From assembly GCA_963762255.1 (NCBI GenBank), contig CAVXKA010000001.1, forward strand, positions 320,001 to 384,000: a stretch of DNA of 64,000 bases. Reading direction: 5' to 3'. The first letter of the stretch is position 1; the number at the start of each line of letters is the position of its first letter. Positions 9,471 to 19,860 of this stretch are shown in pieces. This DNA is from Candidatus Eiseniibacteriota bacterium (lineage in GTDB: Bacteria; Eisenbacteria; RBG-16-71-46; JABDJR01). The translations under genes were made by a program, and so were the position numbers. The notes beneath the pieces were generated by a model. It saw nothing but the letters and a program-made list of their open reading frames with translations. It did not search any database and was not told the DNA's origin.

Positions 9471-9532
9471 GCAACCTTTGCGCGCGGGCGCGTCGCAGGG
9501 TCAGTCTTGCGCACTGCCCGCGCATCCTTTGC
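9471..9532. promoter_or_regulatory. Putative enhancer (UAS) pair GCA(A/T)CCTTTGC, 51 bp apart
   Basis: Copies at 9471-9481 and 9522-9532, 140-200 bp upstream of the sigma54 site. Confidence 0.35.
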
Positions 9533-9626
9533 AGGGCGCCGCTCCAAGCGGGCCCGGACCTCGCTTCCCCTCAATCGCGGCCCGGGATGGTAGGCTTGTC
9601 CGCCGTGATCGGAGGGACGCTGCATC

Positions 9627-10220
9627 ATGGAGTCAAAACGCATGCCCACCCGTGACGAGGCCTGGGCCCTGCTCTGCGAGTACACCCGGAGCGATTCGCT
9701 GCGCAAGCATGCCCGGGCGGTGGAAGAGGTGATGCGCGCCTATGCCGGCGATCTCGGCGAGGACGCAGAGCTCTGGGGGCTGACCGGCCTCCTTCACGAC
9801 TTCGACTACGAGGCCTACCCCGATCCCGCGCAGCACGCGGCGGTGGGAGGGAAGATTCTGCGCGAGCGGGGCTACCCGGAAGCGCTGGTGCACGCGATCG
9901 AGGCCCACAACGAAGCCAACGGGTTGGGTCTCGCCCGCGCCGCCGCGCTCGACAAGGTTCTCTTCGCTTGCGACGAGTTGACCGGATTCGTGACCGCGGT
10001 CGCGCTCGTGCGGCCCAACAAGAGCGTGCACGAGGTCACCCCGGAGAGCGTGAGGAAGAAGCTCAAGGACAAACGCTTCGCCGCCTCGGTGAGTCGCGAG
10101 GAAGTGCGGCGCGGGGTTGAGGAGCTGGGGGTCGATCCCGACCGGCACACGCAGTTCGTCATCGACGCGCTGCGCCGCATCGCCCCCGAACTCGGGCTCG
10201 AGGGCACGGGAAGCGTTTGA
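9627..10220 (+). CDS. HD/HDIG-domain phosphohydrolase
   Basis: LRKH...VE.VM, GLLHDFDYE, ACDELTG, VRP.KS, KKLKDK.FAA.V.RE. Confidence 0.88.
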   Translation: MESKRMPTRDEAWALLCEYTRSDSLRKHARAVEEVMRAYAGDLGEDAELWGLTGLLHDFDYEAYPDPAQHAAVGGKILRERGYPEALVHAIEAHNEANGLGLARAAALDKVLFACDELTGFVTAVALVRPNKSVHEVTPESVRKKLKDKRFAASVSREEVRRGVEELGVDPDRHTQFVIDALRRIAPELGLEGTGSV

Positions 10221-10298
10221 CGGAGCGGAGTAGTCCGGGGGCGGGTGCGGTATGACCGGCCAGTGATCCCGCGTGGGCGGGATACGGAAAGGGCTTGC

Positions 10299-10982
10299 AT
10301 GAACTCGACGGTGCGATCGGTCCTGGCCTCGGCGATCCTGTTGATCCTGACGATCCCCGCGGGGGCGGGGGCAGGGGCGGAGATCCCAGACCAAGCGGTC
10401 TGCCAGGTCTGCGCCGTGAACGGCGAACACAAGGGGCCGGAGAAGGTCGCGTCCGCCAGCATGATCGACGGCGTCACCTACTACTTTTGCTCCAAGAAAT
10501 GCCAGGACTCCTTCAACGCAGATCCGGCCGCCTACGTGCTCCCCTCGATTCCGTGGCCGGCGCCCAAGGCTTCCGTGCGACGTCTGGACGGGGTCATGCT
10601 GCCCCTCGAAGGACCGCGCAAGAAACTGACCCTTGTGAATTTCTGGAAGGCGGCCGGGTGCGTTCCCTGCGAGGAGGCCGTGTCGGGGTTGGAGCAACTC
10701 CTGCACGAGCGCGGATATCGGGGGCTCGCCATCCTCGGGATTTCGATGGACAGTGACCGCAACGCCGTCGAAGCGTTCTTGCATGCTCACCAGCCCACGT
10801 ACCCGGTCGCAATGGACCTCGGTGACGAGCCGGCGTGGGCTGCCTTCCACGTGAAGACCGCTCCCACGTCGTTCCTCATCGATCGCCAGGGTCAGGTGGT
10901 TGGGCGATGGGCAGGGAAGACCGATCCCGCGGCCATGCTGGCCACGGTCGATTCGGTTCTTGCTTCGACCCCGCAGCGCTAG
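10299..10982 (+). CDS. Secreted YHS/TRASH-domain + TlpA-like thioredoxin fusion
   Basis: Signal peptide; CQVC...YYFCSKKC..SF.ADP..Y; LVNFW...CVPC; PTSFLIDRQG. Confidence 0.78.
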   Translation: MNSTVRSVLASAILLILTIPAGAGAGAEIPDQAVCQVCAVNGEHKGPEKVASASMIDGVTYYFCSKKCQDSFNADPAAYVLPSIPWPAPKASVRRLDGVMLPLEGPRKKLTLVNFWKAAGCVPCEEAVSGLEQLLHERGYRGLAILGISMDSDRNAVEAFLHAHQPTYPVAMDLGDEPAWAAFHVKTAPTSFLIDRQGQVVGRWAGKTDPAAMLATVDSVLASTPQR

Positions 10983-11121
10983 CCCTTTCCGCGTTCGGGA
11001 TCACCCGCGGGGAGCCGGCCAGCTCAACCGGCCCGTCGGTTGACAAGCCCCGGAACAGCGTGCCAGCCTAGACCATTCGGCGCGGATTCCACGATCGAAC
11101 CCAGTCGGGCGAAGGGCGCTC

Positions 11122-11802
11122 ATGAAGATCCCCGGCCGCCTGCTTTTCCTCATGCTGATCGCCCTCCAACCCGCGACCGGCCTCGCCGATCCCGATCCCG
11201 ACGGCGAGCGCGACCCGGCCCGCATCGCGGCTCGGGTCCTCGATGGCTCGTATCAGACGGAACTGCCGACGGTGCAGTCCCCCTCCGAACCGCCCCCGGT
11301 GTCGAGCATCGACCTCCCTGCGAGCGTGACCGGTCCGCTGGCAGAAGCGTTCGAGGCGCTGGGCTGGGTGCTGCTGGTCGCGTTCGCGGCGCTCGTTCTC
11401 CTCACCCTCGGTCGCGAGATGCATCACCGCCGCGAAGGGCGGGATGAGGCGCGACAAGCGGGGGAACCCAGCGGGACCGCGGAGATGACCGGGTTCGAGT
11501 TCCCGGATCCGGAGGCACTTGCCGCCCAGGAACGGTTCGCGGAAGCGATCCACATCTATCTGCTGTGCGCACTGGTGGAACTCGGCCGGCGGGGGAAGGG
11601 GCTTGTTCCGGACTCCCTCACGAGCCGGGAGATCCTGCGCCGCGTCCACCTCCCACCCGGCGCGGGCGAGGCGCTGGGCGAGCTGGTGAGGGCGGTGGAG
11701 ATCAGTCACTTCGGCGGCGCCGACGCGGGACGTTACGACTACGAGCGGTGCCGCTCCTCCTTCCACCATTTCGCGCGCGCCTGCGAGGAGGCCGGGCGGT
11801 GA
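11122..11802 (+). CDS. DUF4129-like membrane protein
   Basis: TM segment; LA...RF.EAI, SLTSREI, E.SHFGG; position at the head of a MoxR operon. Confidence 0.7.
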   Translation: MKIPGRLLFLMLIALQPATGLADPDPDGERDPARIAARVLDGSYQTELPTVQSPSEPPPVSSIDLPASVTGPLAEAFEALGWVLLVAFAALVLLTLGREMHHRREGRDEARQAGEPSGTAEMTGFEFPDPEALAAQERFAEAIHIYLLCALVELGRRGKGLVPDSLTSREILRRVHLPPGAGEALGELVRAVEISHFGGADAGRYDYERCRSSFHHFARACEEAGR

Positions 11803-13025
11803 CAGCGCCCCGATTCCGTCAGGCGACCGTCGCCCGGCTGGTGGTGCTGGCCGCGATTTCCTTCGCGGCCACCGTAGTACTCAGCCTGTTCGGCAACGAC
11901 CTTTCGGGGACGCATTCCTACCGGGCGGATTCGTACAGCCGATCGGCCATCGGACATCAAGCCATGGTGGAAACGCTCCGAGGACTCGGGCTTCCGGTGG
12001 TGGTGAGCCGCCACCGGGGGACGGCGCAGGCGGGCGGGTCGACGTTGCTATTGCTCCTCGAACCGGAGTCGTTCTCCGAGGACTCGGGGCAAATCCTGAG
12101 CGACGCGTTGGCCGATGCGGGCGACGCACTGCTGGTCCTTCCCAAGTGGATCGGCGTGCCGAGGCGGGGCAATCCCGCGTGGGTCGGCGAAGTCCTCCCC
12201 GTTCCCGAGGTCCGGATCGAGCGACTGCTCCTGGGCGTAGAGGTCGAGGGAACGGTCGTCCACGTCCCGGGCGGTGAGGGTTGCGTTTGGCAGACCGGCC
12301 CCTTCGGATACGCACCCTTCCTGAGTAACGCGCAGCTCCTTCGCTCGGAGGACGTCATCCCGATCATCGCGCGCGACGAGGGGATCCTGCTCGGCGAGAT
12401 ACCTCGTGAGGAAGGCCACCTGTGGGTGCTCTCCGACCCCGATCTCCTCTCCAACCACGGCCTGACCAAGGGGGATAACGCTCGATTGCTGGCGGCGGTG
12501 ATCCAGCGGTTCCTCACACCCGGCGGCGTCGTCGTGATCGATGAGACGCTTCACGGCTACGTGGCTTCAGCGTCGATCTGGCGTGAACTATTGCGATTCC
12601 CTCTCGTGCTGACCACGATCCAGGCCCTGCTGGCAGGGGCGCTGCTCCTGTGGATGGCGGTGCTCCGCTTCGGTTCGCCCGCACCCCACGACGTGGGAGC
12701 CGGGCCGACCAAGGAATACCTCATCGAGAACACCGCCGACCTCCTGCTCCAGGGAGGCCAGGGCGCACACACCCTCCGCCGGTACTTCCAGACCAGCCTG
12801 CAGGAAGTGGCCCACCGACTCCACGCGCCTCCCACGCTACCGGTCGAAGCGCTCACCGGCTGGCTGGAGGCGGCAGGCACAGCGCGAGGAGTGTCCACCC
12901 GGCTGGGCGACCTCGGCCGCCGGATCGAGGAGGCGGCGGCGGCGGGCACCGGGGATACGGAGGTGCTGGTGCGCCTCGCCGGGGACGTCTACACATGGCG
13001 AAAGGAGATGATGCATGGAGCTTGA
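11799..13025 (+). CDS. DUF4350-like membrane protein
   Basis: GTGA overlap with previous stop; [27 protein letters not shown] motifs. Confidence 0.68.
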   Translation: MTAPRFRQATVARLVVLAAISFAATVVLSLFGNDLSGTHSYRADSYSRSAIGHQAMVETLRGLGLPVVVSRHRGTAQAGGSTLLLLLEPESFSEDSGQILSDALADAGDALLVLPKWIGVPRRGNPAWVGEVLPVPEVRIERLLLGVEVEGTVVHVPGGEGCVWQTGPFGYAPFLSNAQLLRSEDVIPIIARDEGILLGEIPREEGHLWVLSDPDLLSNHGLTKGDNARLLAAVIQRFLTPGGVVVIDETLHGYVASASIWRELLRFPLVLTTIQALLAGALLLWMAVLRFGSPAPHDVGAGPTKEYLIENTADLLLQGGQGAHTLRRYFQTSLQEVAHRLHAPPTLPVEALTGWLEAAGTARGVSTRLGDLGRRIEEAAAAGTGDTEVLVRLAGDVYTWRKEMMHGA

Positions 13026-13971
13026 ACAGCTTGCAGCGACCACGAACCGAATCCGTGAACAAATCCACCGGGTCGTGGTGGGTCAGGACCCTGCCATCGA
13101 TCTCTTGCTCATCGCTCTCGTCGCGGAAGGGCATGTGCTCATCGAGGGAGTGCCCGGCACTGCCAAGACGCTTCTTGCCCGGTGCTTCGCCGCCTCCCTC
13201 AACCTTGCCTTCAACCGCATCCAGTTCACGCCCGACCTCATGCCGGGGGACGTCATCGGCACCAACCTGTTCGATTTCCAGACCAACCGGTTCACGCTGA
13301 CCAAGGGCCCCATCTTCACCCAGATTCTCCTCGCGGACGAAATCAATCGGACGCCGCCGAAAACCCAGGCGGCCCTGCTGCAGGCCATGCAGGAGCGAAC
13401 CGTCACCATCGACGGTCGCACCCATCCCCTCGAACCCCCGTTCCTCGTGGTGGCCACCCAGAACCCGATCGAGCAGCAAGGCACCTATCCCCTACCGGAG
13501 GCACAGCTCGATCGCTTCTTGTTCAAGATCCTCATCGACTACCCGGAGCGGGACGAGGAGCGCGAGATCGTCGGACGACACGGTCGGGGGATGGCCACAC
13601 CTTCCATCGCCGACTACGGCATTGAGGCGGTCGGTGACGCCGATCTGTGCCGCAGCGCTCGCGAGGTGATCTCGGAGATCCACCTCTCCTCCGAGCTGGT
13701 GGACTACGTGGTCGATCTGGTGCGCGCCACTCGCGAGCATCCCGCTCTCCTATACGGCTCGTCGCCGCGGTCGGCCAATATGCTCGCGGTGGCCTCGCGG
13801 GCCCGCGCCGCGCTTCAGGGGCGCAGCTACGTGATCCCGGACGACATCAAGACCCTTGCCCCGCCGGTCCTCCAGCACCGCCTGCTTCTGGCCCCTGCCG
13901 AGGAGTTGGAGGGAACCACGGTGGCGGGAGTGGTGGCGCAGATCCTCGAGCAGGTCCCTGCACCGCGATGA
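13015..13971 (+). CDS. moxR: MoxR-family AAA+ ATPase
   Basis: [50 protein letters not shown]. Confidence 0.95.
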   Translation: MELEQLAATTNRIREQIHRVVVGQDPAIDLLLIALVAEGHVLIEGVPGTAKTLLARCFAASLNLAFNRIQFTPDLMPGDVIGTNLFDFQTNRFTLTKGPIFTQILLADEINRTPPKTQAALLQAMQERTVTIDGRTHPLEPPFLVVATQNPIEQQGTYPLPEAQLDRFLFKILIDYPERDEEREIVGRHGRGMATPSIADYGIEAVGDADLCRSAREVISEIHLSSELVDYVVDLVRATREHPALLYGSSPRSANMLAVASRARAALQGRSYVIPDDIKTLAPPVLQHRLLLAPAEELEGTTVAGVVAQILEQVPAPR

Positions 13972-15287
13972 TTCGACCTGCTCCGCGCGCCGGCGTGTTG
14001 TTCCTGCTGGGGCTACCGATCGCCCTGCTGCCGGTGCTTGTCTCGCCGTCCCTGTGGGGGGTGTGGCTCGCCTACACCGGCGCAGTAGCGCTGCTCCTGG
14101 GCGCCGACGCGATCCTGACCGTTCCCACGCGCCGCCTGATGCTGGAGATCACAACTCCCGCTACGCTCCACGTCGGCGAACCCGGACTTCTCCACCTCAT
14201 GCTTCGGGTGAAAGGGGGCAGGACGCCGCTCGACGTCGATGTCGTCTGCGATCTCGATCGCCTGCTCGAGCCCCAACCGCCCGTGCGGGTGAGAATCGCG
14301 GGGGGCGAGCCGGGCGCGGCATCGCTCGGTCTGCGTCCCTTGAGGCGGGGCCTCGCCGAGGTGCGAACGGTGTGGTTGCGCTGGCCGGGGCCGCTCGGGC
14401 TGATCCAGCGCCAGGACCGGCGCGAGATCGGGCGCGAGATCCCGGTGCTGCCCGACCTGCGACCGGTGCGCGCGGCGGCGCTGCGGTTCACGAGCCAGCG
14501 GTCCTTCCTCTCCGGGCTCAAGCCGGAGCGCCACGCCGGGGACGGCAGCGAGTTCGAGACCCTTCGTGAACATCGGTCGGGCCTCGATTCCCGGGCGATC
14601 CACTGGAAGGCGTCGGCCCGACATCGCAAGTTGCTGAGCCGAGAGTTCCGGGCGGAGCGCGACCACCAGATCATCCTCGCCGTCGACACCGGACGCCTCA
14701 TGCAGGAGACCCTCGAGGGGGTCCCCAAACTGGATCACGCGGTGAGCGCGGCCCTGCTCCTGGCCTACGTATGCCTGCGAAGCGGGGACCGCGTGGGGCT
14801 GTTCGGCTTCGACCAGGAGGTGCGGCACTACCTGGAACCGCGGGGGTCCTCCGGAACGTATGCGCAAGTGCAGAAGGCCTGCGCACACCTCACGTATCAC
14901 GATACCGAAACCAATTTCACGCTCGGCCTCGCCGAACTCTCCGCCCGGTTGCGCCGGAGGTCCCTCGTGGTGCTGCTCACCGATTTCGTGGACACGGTGA
15001 CCGCCGAACTCATGGTGGAGAACCTGGACCGCCTGTCCCAGCGCCATCTCGTGCTCTTCGTCACCCTCCGGGATCCAGGGATCGCGTCGCTGGCCACGGC
15101 CGCTCCCGCGCAGCTCCCCGCCATGGCGCGGGCGGTGGTGGCGTCGGATCTGCTTCGCGAGCGGGAGATCGTCCTGCGCCGGCTGGGCCGGTTGGGTATC
15201 CACACCTTGGACATCGCACCCGGAGAACTTTCCACCGCCCTGCTCAACCGTTACCTCGACATCAAGCGGCGGGAGTTGATCGCATGA
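13968..15287 (+). CDS. DUF58 (vWA-like) protein
   Basis: [33 protein letters not shown]; ATGA overlap. Confidence 0.88.
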   Translation: MIRPAPRAGVLFLLGLPIALLPVLVSPSLWGVWLAYTGAVALLLGADAILTVPTRRLMLEITTPATLHVGEPGLLHLMLRVKGGRTPLDVDVVCDLDRLLEPQPPVRVRIAGGEPGAASLGLRPLRRGLAEVRTVWLRWPGPLGLIQRQDRREIGREIPVLPDLRPVRAAALRFTSQRSFLSGLKPERHAGDGSEFETLREHRSGLDSRAIHWKASARHRKLLSREFRAERDHQIILAVDTGRLMQETLEGVPKLDHAVSAALLLAYVCLRSGDRVGLFGFDQEVRHYLEPRGSSGTYAQVQKACAHLTYHDTETNFTLGLAELSARLRRRSLVVLLTDFVDTVTAELMVENLDRLSQRHLVLFVTLRDPGIASLATAAPAQLPAMARAVVASDLLREREIVLRRLGRLGIHTLDIAPGELSTALLNRYLDIKRRELIA

Positions 15288-16285
15288 GCGGCGTTCCCCT
15301 CAAGAGCGCCCGGTTCCGGACGGAGCGGGAGGAATCCTGGCGTGAACTCGAGACGCTGGTGGACAAGGCGGAGCGGGAGGGGCTGAAGAAGCTCGACGCA
15401 GAAGAGCTCGGCCGCCTGCCCATGCTCTACCGTGGCGCACTTTCCTCGCTCGCGGTGGCCCGGGCCATCTCACTCGACTTGAACGTACTGCTGTACCTGG
15501 AGGGCCTGGCCGGGCGCGCCTACCTCTGCGTGTACGGCGTTCGCCGCGACTTGAAGTCGCTGCTCGCGGTCTTCCTGCGGGCATCTTTTCCGGTCACCGT
15601 GCGCCGGCTGCGGTGGCACGTCGCCCTGGCCTTCCTGTTCCTGGCCCTCGGCACGATCACCGGCTTCATCCTCACCCTGGCCGATCCAGACCGCTACTTC
15701 ATGTTCGTTCCCGAAGCCATGCAAGACGGTCGTACGCCGCTCTCCAGCACGGAGAGCCTGCGCGCGGTGCTGTTCGCGAAGGATACCGATCTGAGTTCCT
15801 TCCTGGCCACTTTCGCCGCGTTGCTCTTCACCCACAACGCCAAGGTGGGAATACTCGCCTTCTGCCTCGGGTTCGCGGCGGGGTTGCCCGTCTTCTACCT
15901 CCTCTTCACCAACGGGGTCGTCCTGGGGGCCCTGGCCGCGGTCTATCACACCCACGGGTTGTCGTTGGCGTTCTGGGGGTGGATCCTGCCGCACGGGGTC
16001 ACCGAGTTGACTGCGGTGGCGCTCTGCGGCGGGGCGGGTCTGGTGCTCGCCCAGGGCCTACTCTTCCCCGGCCGGCACCACCGATTGCAGAACCTCGCCG
16101 TGCAGGGGCGATCGGCGGGGCTGCTGGTGCTGGGCGCCGTGTTCATGCTCCTCATCGCCGGTCTCATCGAGGGCATCTTCCGCCAGGTGGTCCTGGATAC
16201 CGGGGGGCGCTACCTCATGGCCGGGCTCACGCTCTCCTTCTGGGCCGCGTACTTCCTGCGCGCGGGGAGAGGAGCCCCATCGTGA
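15284..16285 (+). CDS. SpoIIM-family membrane protein
   Basis: LFTHNAKV, NGVVLG, ILPHGVTEL, AGLIEG. Confidence 0.85.
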   Translation: MSGVPLKSARFRTEREESWRELETLVDKAEREGLKKLDAEELGRLPMLYRGALSSLAVARAISLDLNVLLYLEGLAGRAYLCVYGVRRDLKSLLAVFLRASFPVTVRRLRWHVALAFLFLALGTITGFILTLADPDRYFMFVPEAMQDGRTPLSSTESLRAVLFAKDTDLSSFLATFAALLFTHNAKVGILAFCLGFAAGLPVFYLLFTNGVVLGALAAVYHTHGLSLAFWGWILPHGVTELTAVALCGGAGLVLAQGLLFPGRHHRLQNLAVQGRSAGLLVLGAVFMLLIAGLIEGIFRQVVLDTGGRYLMAGLTLSFWAAYFLRAGRGAPS

Positions 16286-17217
16286 CCCAGCCCCGCTCGT
16301 TGCGCCGCCCCTTCGTTCTCGAGAGGGACCAGCACGAGATCCACCGCATCACGACCCCGGACGGCGTTCCTTTGCCGTTCGTCATCGCTCCCGTGGGGAG
16401 CCGACTCTCGGCGTTCCTGTGGGACACGCTGATCATCTTTGCCGGAGTGCTCGCCCTGTTGCTCTTCATTGGGTTCATGGGGATGGGCGCGCCGTTCGCG
16501 GCCGCCTGGACGATACCGGTGGCGATCATCGCATCTTTCCTGGGCTGGAACTTCTACTTCACCTGGTTCGAGCTTCGCTGGCAGGGAGCCACGCCGGGCA
16601 AGCGAAAGCTGGGATTGCGGGTGATCGACGCCCACGGCGGGCAGCTTTCCGCGGAATCGGTCATCGTCCGCAACCTCACCCGCGATCTCGAGCTCTATAT
16701 CCCGCTGCTCGCCCTGATCCGGCCGGAGCCGACGGGGATGGGGGCGGCGGCCTGGCTGCAGCTCCTGGCGCCGATGTGGCTGGTGATCTTTGCGCTGCTC
16801 CCGCTGTTCAACCGCGACCGGCAGCGGATCGGGGACCTGGTCGGAGGAACTCTCGTCGTGCTCCTCCCCAAGCGAACGCTCCTGGCCGACCTCGCCGCCG
16901 CTTCGCCATCCACCGCCTCTCCACGCGATCCGGCGATCACCTTCACCGAGAAGCAGCTTTCCGCCTACGGCATCTACGAACTGCAGGTGTTGGAAGAGGT
17001 GCTGCGGATGCCGCCGAGCCGGACCGCCATCGAGACACGGGCCGGCGTCGCGGAGAAGATCCGTGGCAAGATCGGCTGGGATGGCCCCCCGACCCGGGAC
17101 AAGGTCTTCCTGTCCGCCTTCTACGCCGCACTGCGCGCCGACCTGGAGCGCAAGATGCTCCACGGCAAGCGGCGTGAGGACAAGACCTCGTCCCCGGATC
17201 GGAAGGGAGCCCGCTAG
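16282..17217 (+). CDS. RDD-family membrane protein
   Basis: TPDGV, R..AFL.D, GATPGKR.LGLRV, QRIGDLVGGT. Confidence 0.87.
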   Translation: MTQPRSLRRPFVLERDQHEIHRITTPDGVPLPFVIAPVGSRLSAFLWDTLIIFAGVLALLLFIGFMGMGAPFAAAWTIPVAIIASFLGWNFYFTWFELRWQGATPGKRKLGLRVIDAHGGQLSAESVIVRNLTRDLELYIPLLALIRPEPTGMGAAAWLQLLAPMWLVIFALLPLFNRDRQRIGDLVGGTLVVLLPKRTLLADLAAASPSTASPRDPAITFTEKQLSAYGIYELQVLEEVLRMPPSRTAIETRAGVAEKIRGKIGWDGPPTRDKVFLSAFYAALRADLERKMLHGKRREDKTSSPDRKGAR

Positions 17218-17951
17218 GCGAAGACCTCGGCCAGGTCGTGGATCTCGAACCCTTCCTTGTCCACGCGCAGGAGGTAGTAGGCAACTCCCGCGGCCACCGC
17301 GTTCAGCGCCTGGCCGGTGGTGGAGATAAGAGTGTTCATGAGCTGCCCGATCACCGCGTTCTGGATCGCGCCCGTCAAGAGCAGGCCGACACGCGACGCC
17401 ACCAGGCCTACCACGATCGAGATCACCCCGAGGACGACGATGATCTCCACGAGGGGCCAGCGTGCCCCGCTGGTCAGGTTGCGGCTCCGGTCCAACGAGG
17501 CGCCGACACCAAGCCCCTCTACGACCACCGCGGGCACCACCACGAAGAAGGTGGCCGCGGCGATGATCCCCGGAATGATGAGGACGAGAAAACCGATGCC
17601 GACGATGACCCCGGTCACGAGCGAGGCGGCCAGCACGACCCAGAAGCGACGAAGGACGACCCGGAGGCAATCCACGATGCGCACCGGGACTCCATGGAGC
17701 TGCTGAAAGACGCCGTACACCACGGCCGCGGTCATGACCAGCGACAGGGTCAGGCTCAACACCGTGCCGGCCCCGAACGTCAGCCAGTGCGTCGCGGTGA
17801 CGCCCTCGGATCCCGTCGCCCCCAGCGATAGGACCCAAAGCGTGAGCGGAAGGTTGACCACATAGGCGATCGCGGTGAACGGCAGGAAGTTCCGGAAGTA
17901 GGTGGAGAACGATTTGTTCAGGACGCTGGCGACACCGAACTCCTTCGACAT
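17214..17951 (-). CDS. Polytopic membrane protein (GDPD membrane-domain-like)
   Basis: LIIPGII, VVVEGLG..ASL.RS..LT.G, Y..LR..KEG; SD GAGGAGG. Confidence 0.7.
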   Translation of the reverse strand: MSKEFGVASVLNKSFSTYFRNFLPFTAIAYVVNLPLTLWVLSLGATGSEGVTATHWLTFGAGTVLSLTLSLVMTAAVVYGVFQQLHGVPVRIVDCLRVVLRRFWVVLAASLVTGVIVGIGFLVLIIPGIIAAATFFVVVPAVVVEGLGVGASLDRSRNLTSGARWPLVEIIVVLGVISIVVGLVASRVGLLLTGAIQNAVIGQLMNTLISTTGQALNAVAAGVAYYLLRVDKEGFEIHDLAEVFA

Positions 17952-17970
17952 GAAGTACCCCCTCCTCGGC

Positions 17971-18636
17971 TTAGTGCCCGCTCCGGTTCTGCTGGAGCTG
18001 CTCGTTGAGCCCCTTCAGCAACGCGGCCACAAGATCGCGCGCGGGACGGGCGCACGCATCCGCCGCCCCAAAGGTCTTCGCGCGTTCCTTCGCGTCGTCC
18101 AGGTTGGGCCCGTCGAACACGGTCTTCAGAAGGCCGCAGGCGTTCATGAGCGCGAGCAGCGCGGCGGTGCGATCGTCGGGTCGCAACGACCCGCTCACCA
18201 CGCGGCGAATGCGGTCATGGAGGTCGCGCTCGACCGTCCGGTCGCGCTGCGGGTAGCGCGTGACCGGGAAGAGGCCCAGTAGCTTCCCCTCTTCCGCCTT
18301 CAACAGCCTCCGTTCGACCAGCGGCTGTGCCACGCGGTCGGGCAGCTTCTTGATCTTCTGCGCCGCCGTTCCCACCCACGCAGCCGGTTTCTTCGGCTTC
18401 GCCTCCGCGGCGATGAGCGCTCTCACGTCGTCCAACACGGGGTTGCCGGTCGGGGCGACATCGCCCACCACGATCCTCTCGTCCTCCATTCGTATCTGAC
18501 CGCGCAGGGCGAGATCGACGAGGGCGGCGGCGGCCAGGCCGGAGGGCAGGGTCTGCCCCGCGCGGTCCTGGCCGGTGCGGTCATCCAGCGCCAGCAACAG
18601 CAGCTCTTCGGGAAGCGAGAGACGTTCATCCATCAT
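17971..18636 (-). CDS. GPP34/GOLPH3/Vps74-family protein
   Basis: LSLPEELLLLALDD..G, LAAAALVDLAL.G.I, PTG.P.LD, LGLFP..RYP, D.RTAAL.AL. Confidence 0.85.
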   Translation of the reverse strand: MMDERLSLPEELLLLALDDRTGQDRAGQTLPSGLAAAALVDLALRGQIRMEDERIVVGDVAPTGNPVLDDVRALIAAEAKPKKPAAWVGTAAQKIKKLPDRVAQPLVERRLLKAEEGKLLGLFPVTRYPQRDRTVERDLHDRIRRVVSGSLRPDDRTAALLALMNACGLLKTVFDGPNLDDAKERAKTFGAADACARPARDLVAALLKGLNEQLQQNRSGH

Positions 18637-19669
18637 GGCGGGAGCTTACCTCGTGGTCGCGTTTCTTGAGCTTGCGCCACAGCGTGCTGCGGCTCACCCC
18701 CAACCGGCGCGCGGCCTCGGATGCGTTGCCGCCCACCGCCTCCAGCGTGCGGCGGATGTACAGCGACTCCACGTCCTCCAGGGTGAGGCCGTCGGGGATC
18801 TCGAGCCCCCCCTTGGGGCCCTCCAGCCGCGGCCGCTCGCGCTGGCGCAGAGGCGGGGGAAGATCCTCCGGGCGGATCACCGAGTCCTCGGCGAGCGCCA
18901 CCGCACGCTGCACCGCGTTTTCCAACTCGCGCACATTGCCGGGATACGCGTAGCGCAGGAGCAGCTCCTGCGCCTCCGGCGAGAACCCCGCCACCGTCTT
19001 CCTCATCTTGACCGCGTAGCGATCGAGGAAATAGGCGGCCAGAAGCGGGATGTCCTCGCGGCGATCGCGCAAGGGCGGGATCTCGATCTGGAACACGTTG
19101 AGCCGGTAGTAGAGATCCTCTCGGAAGAGCCCCTCCTCCATGGCCACGCGCAGATCGCGGTTGGTGGCGGAGATGATACGCACGTCCACGCGCACCGAGG
19201 TGTTGGCCCCCACGCGGCGCACCTCGCCGTCCTGCAGGACGCGCAAGAGCTTCACCTGGCTCGGCTGAAGGAGTTCCCCCACCTCGTCGAGGAAGAGCGT
19301 GCCGCCGTCGGCCTGCTCGAAGAGGCCCTTCTTGTCCGTGGTGGCGCCTGTGAAGGAGCCGCGCACATGGCCGAAGAGTTCGCTCTCGAGCAGGTTCTCC
19401 GGAAGCGCGCCGCAGTTGATGGCGAGGAAAGGCCGGTGCGCGCGACGGCTCTGGTAGTGGATGGAGCGCGCGAGAAGTTCCTTCCCGGTCCCCGACTCGC
19501 CGGTGATGAGGACCGCGCTCTCGGTGGGGGCGATCTTCGACACGAAGCGGAAGATGCGCTGGATGCGCGGGCTACGGCCGATGATGTTGGCCGCTCCCGT
19601 GACCGCGGAATCTTCGGCTGGGCGTAGTTCGAGAGGTTCGGGCATCTTAGGACGCAACGTGGCGCTCAT
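18626..19669 (-). CDS. sigma54-dependent activator (AAA+ + Fis-type HTH) without an N-terminal sensor domain
   Basis: [61 protein letters not shown]; only ~27 aa before the AAA core. Confidence 0.92.
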   Translation of the reverse strand: MSATLRPKMPEPLELRPAEDSAVTGAANIIGRSPRIQRIFRFVSKIAPTESAVLITGESGTGKELLARSIHYQSRRAHRPFLAINCGALPENLLESELFGHVRGSFTGATTDKKGLFEQADGGTLFLDEVGELLQPSQVKLLRVLQDGEVRRVGANTSVRVDVRIISATNRDLRVAMEEGLFREDLYYRLNVFQIEIPPLRDRREDIPLLAAYFLDRYAVKMRKTVAGFSPEAQELLLRYAYPGNVRELENAVQRAVALAEDSVIRPEDLPPPLRQRERPRLEGPKGGLEIPDGLTLEDVESLYIRRTLEAVGGNASEAARRLGVSRSTLWRKLKKRDHEVSSRHDG

Positions 19670-19779
19670 GGCTTGGTGTGGTTCAACGGATCCTGATAGG
19701 TAGCGACCCGGTGAATGTACCGTTTGCGCGGCCCGAGGGGTAGGCGTTTCGAGAGTGCGGGGCGCGGGGAGTCCGGCGG

Positions 19780-19860
19780 TCAGTGCCCGGCGCGGACCCT
19801 CAGTGCCCGGCTCGGATCGTCAGTGCCCGGCTCGGATCGTCAGTGCCCGGCGCGGACGGT
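19780..19860. repeat. Four tandem 20-bp units TCAGTGCCCGGC(G/T)CGGA(C/T)NN
   Basis: Units start at 19780, 19800, 19820 and 19840; the last contains the stop codon of the adjacent minus-strand gene. Confidence 0.9.

Noticed and set aside
19780-19860. CRISPR array
   Set aside because: Units are contiguous 20-mers with no unique spacers, and no cas genes are present.
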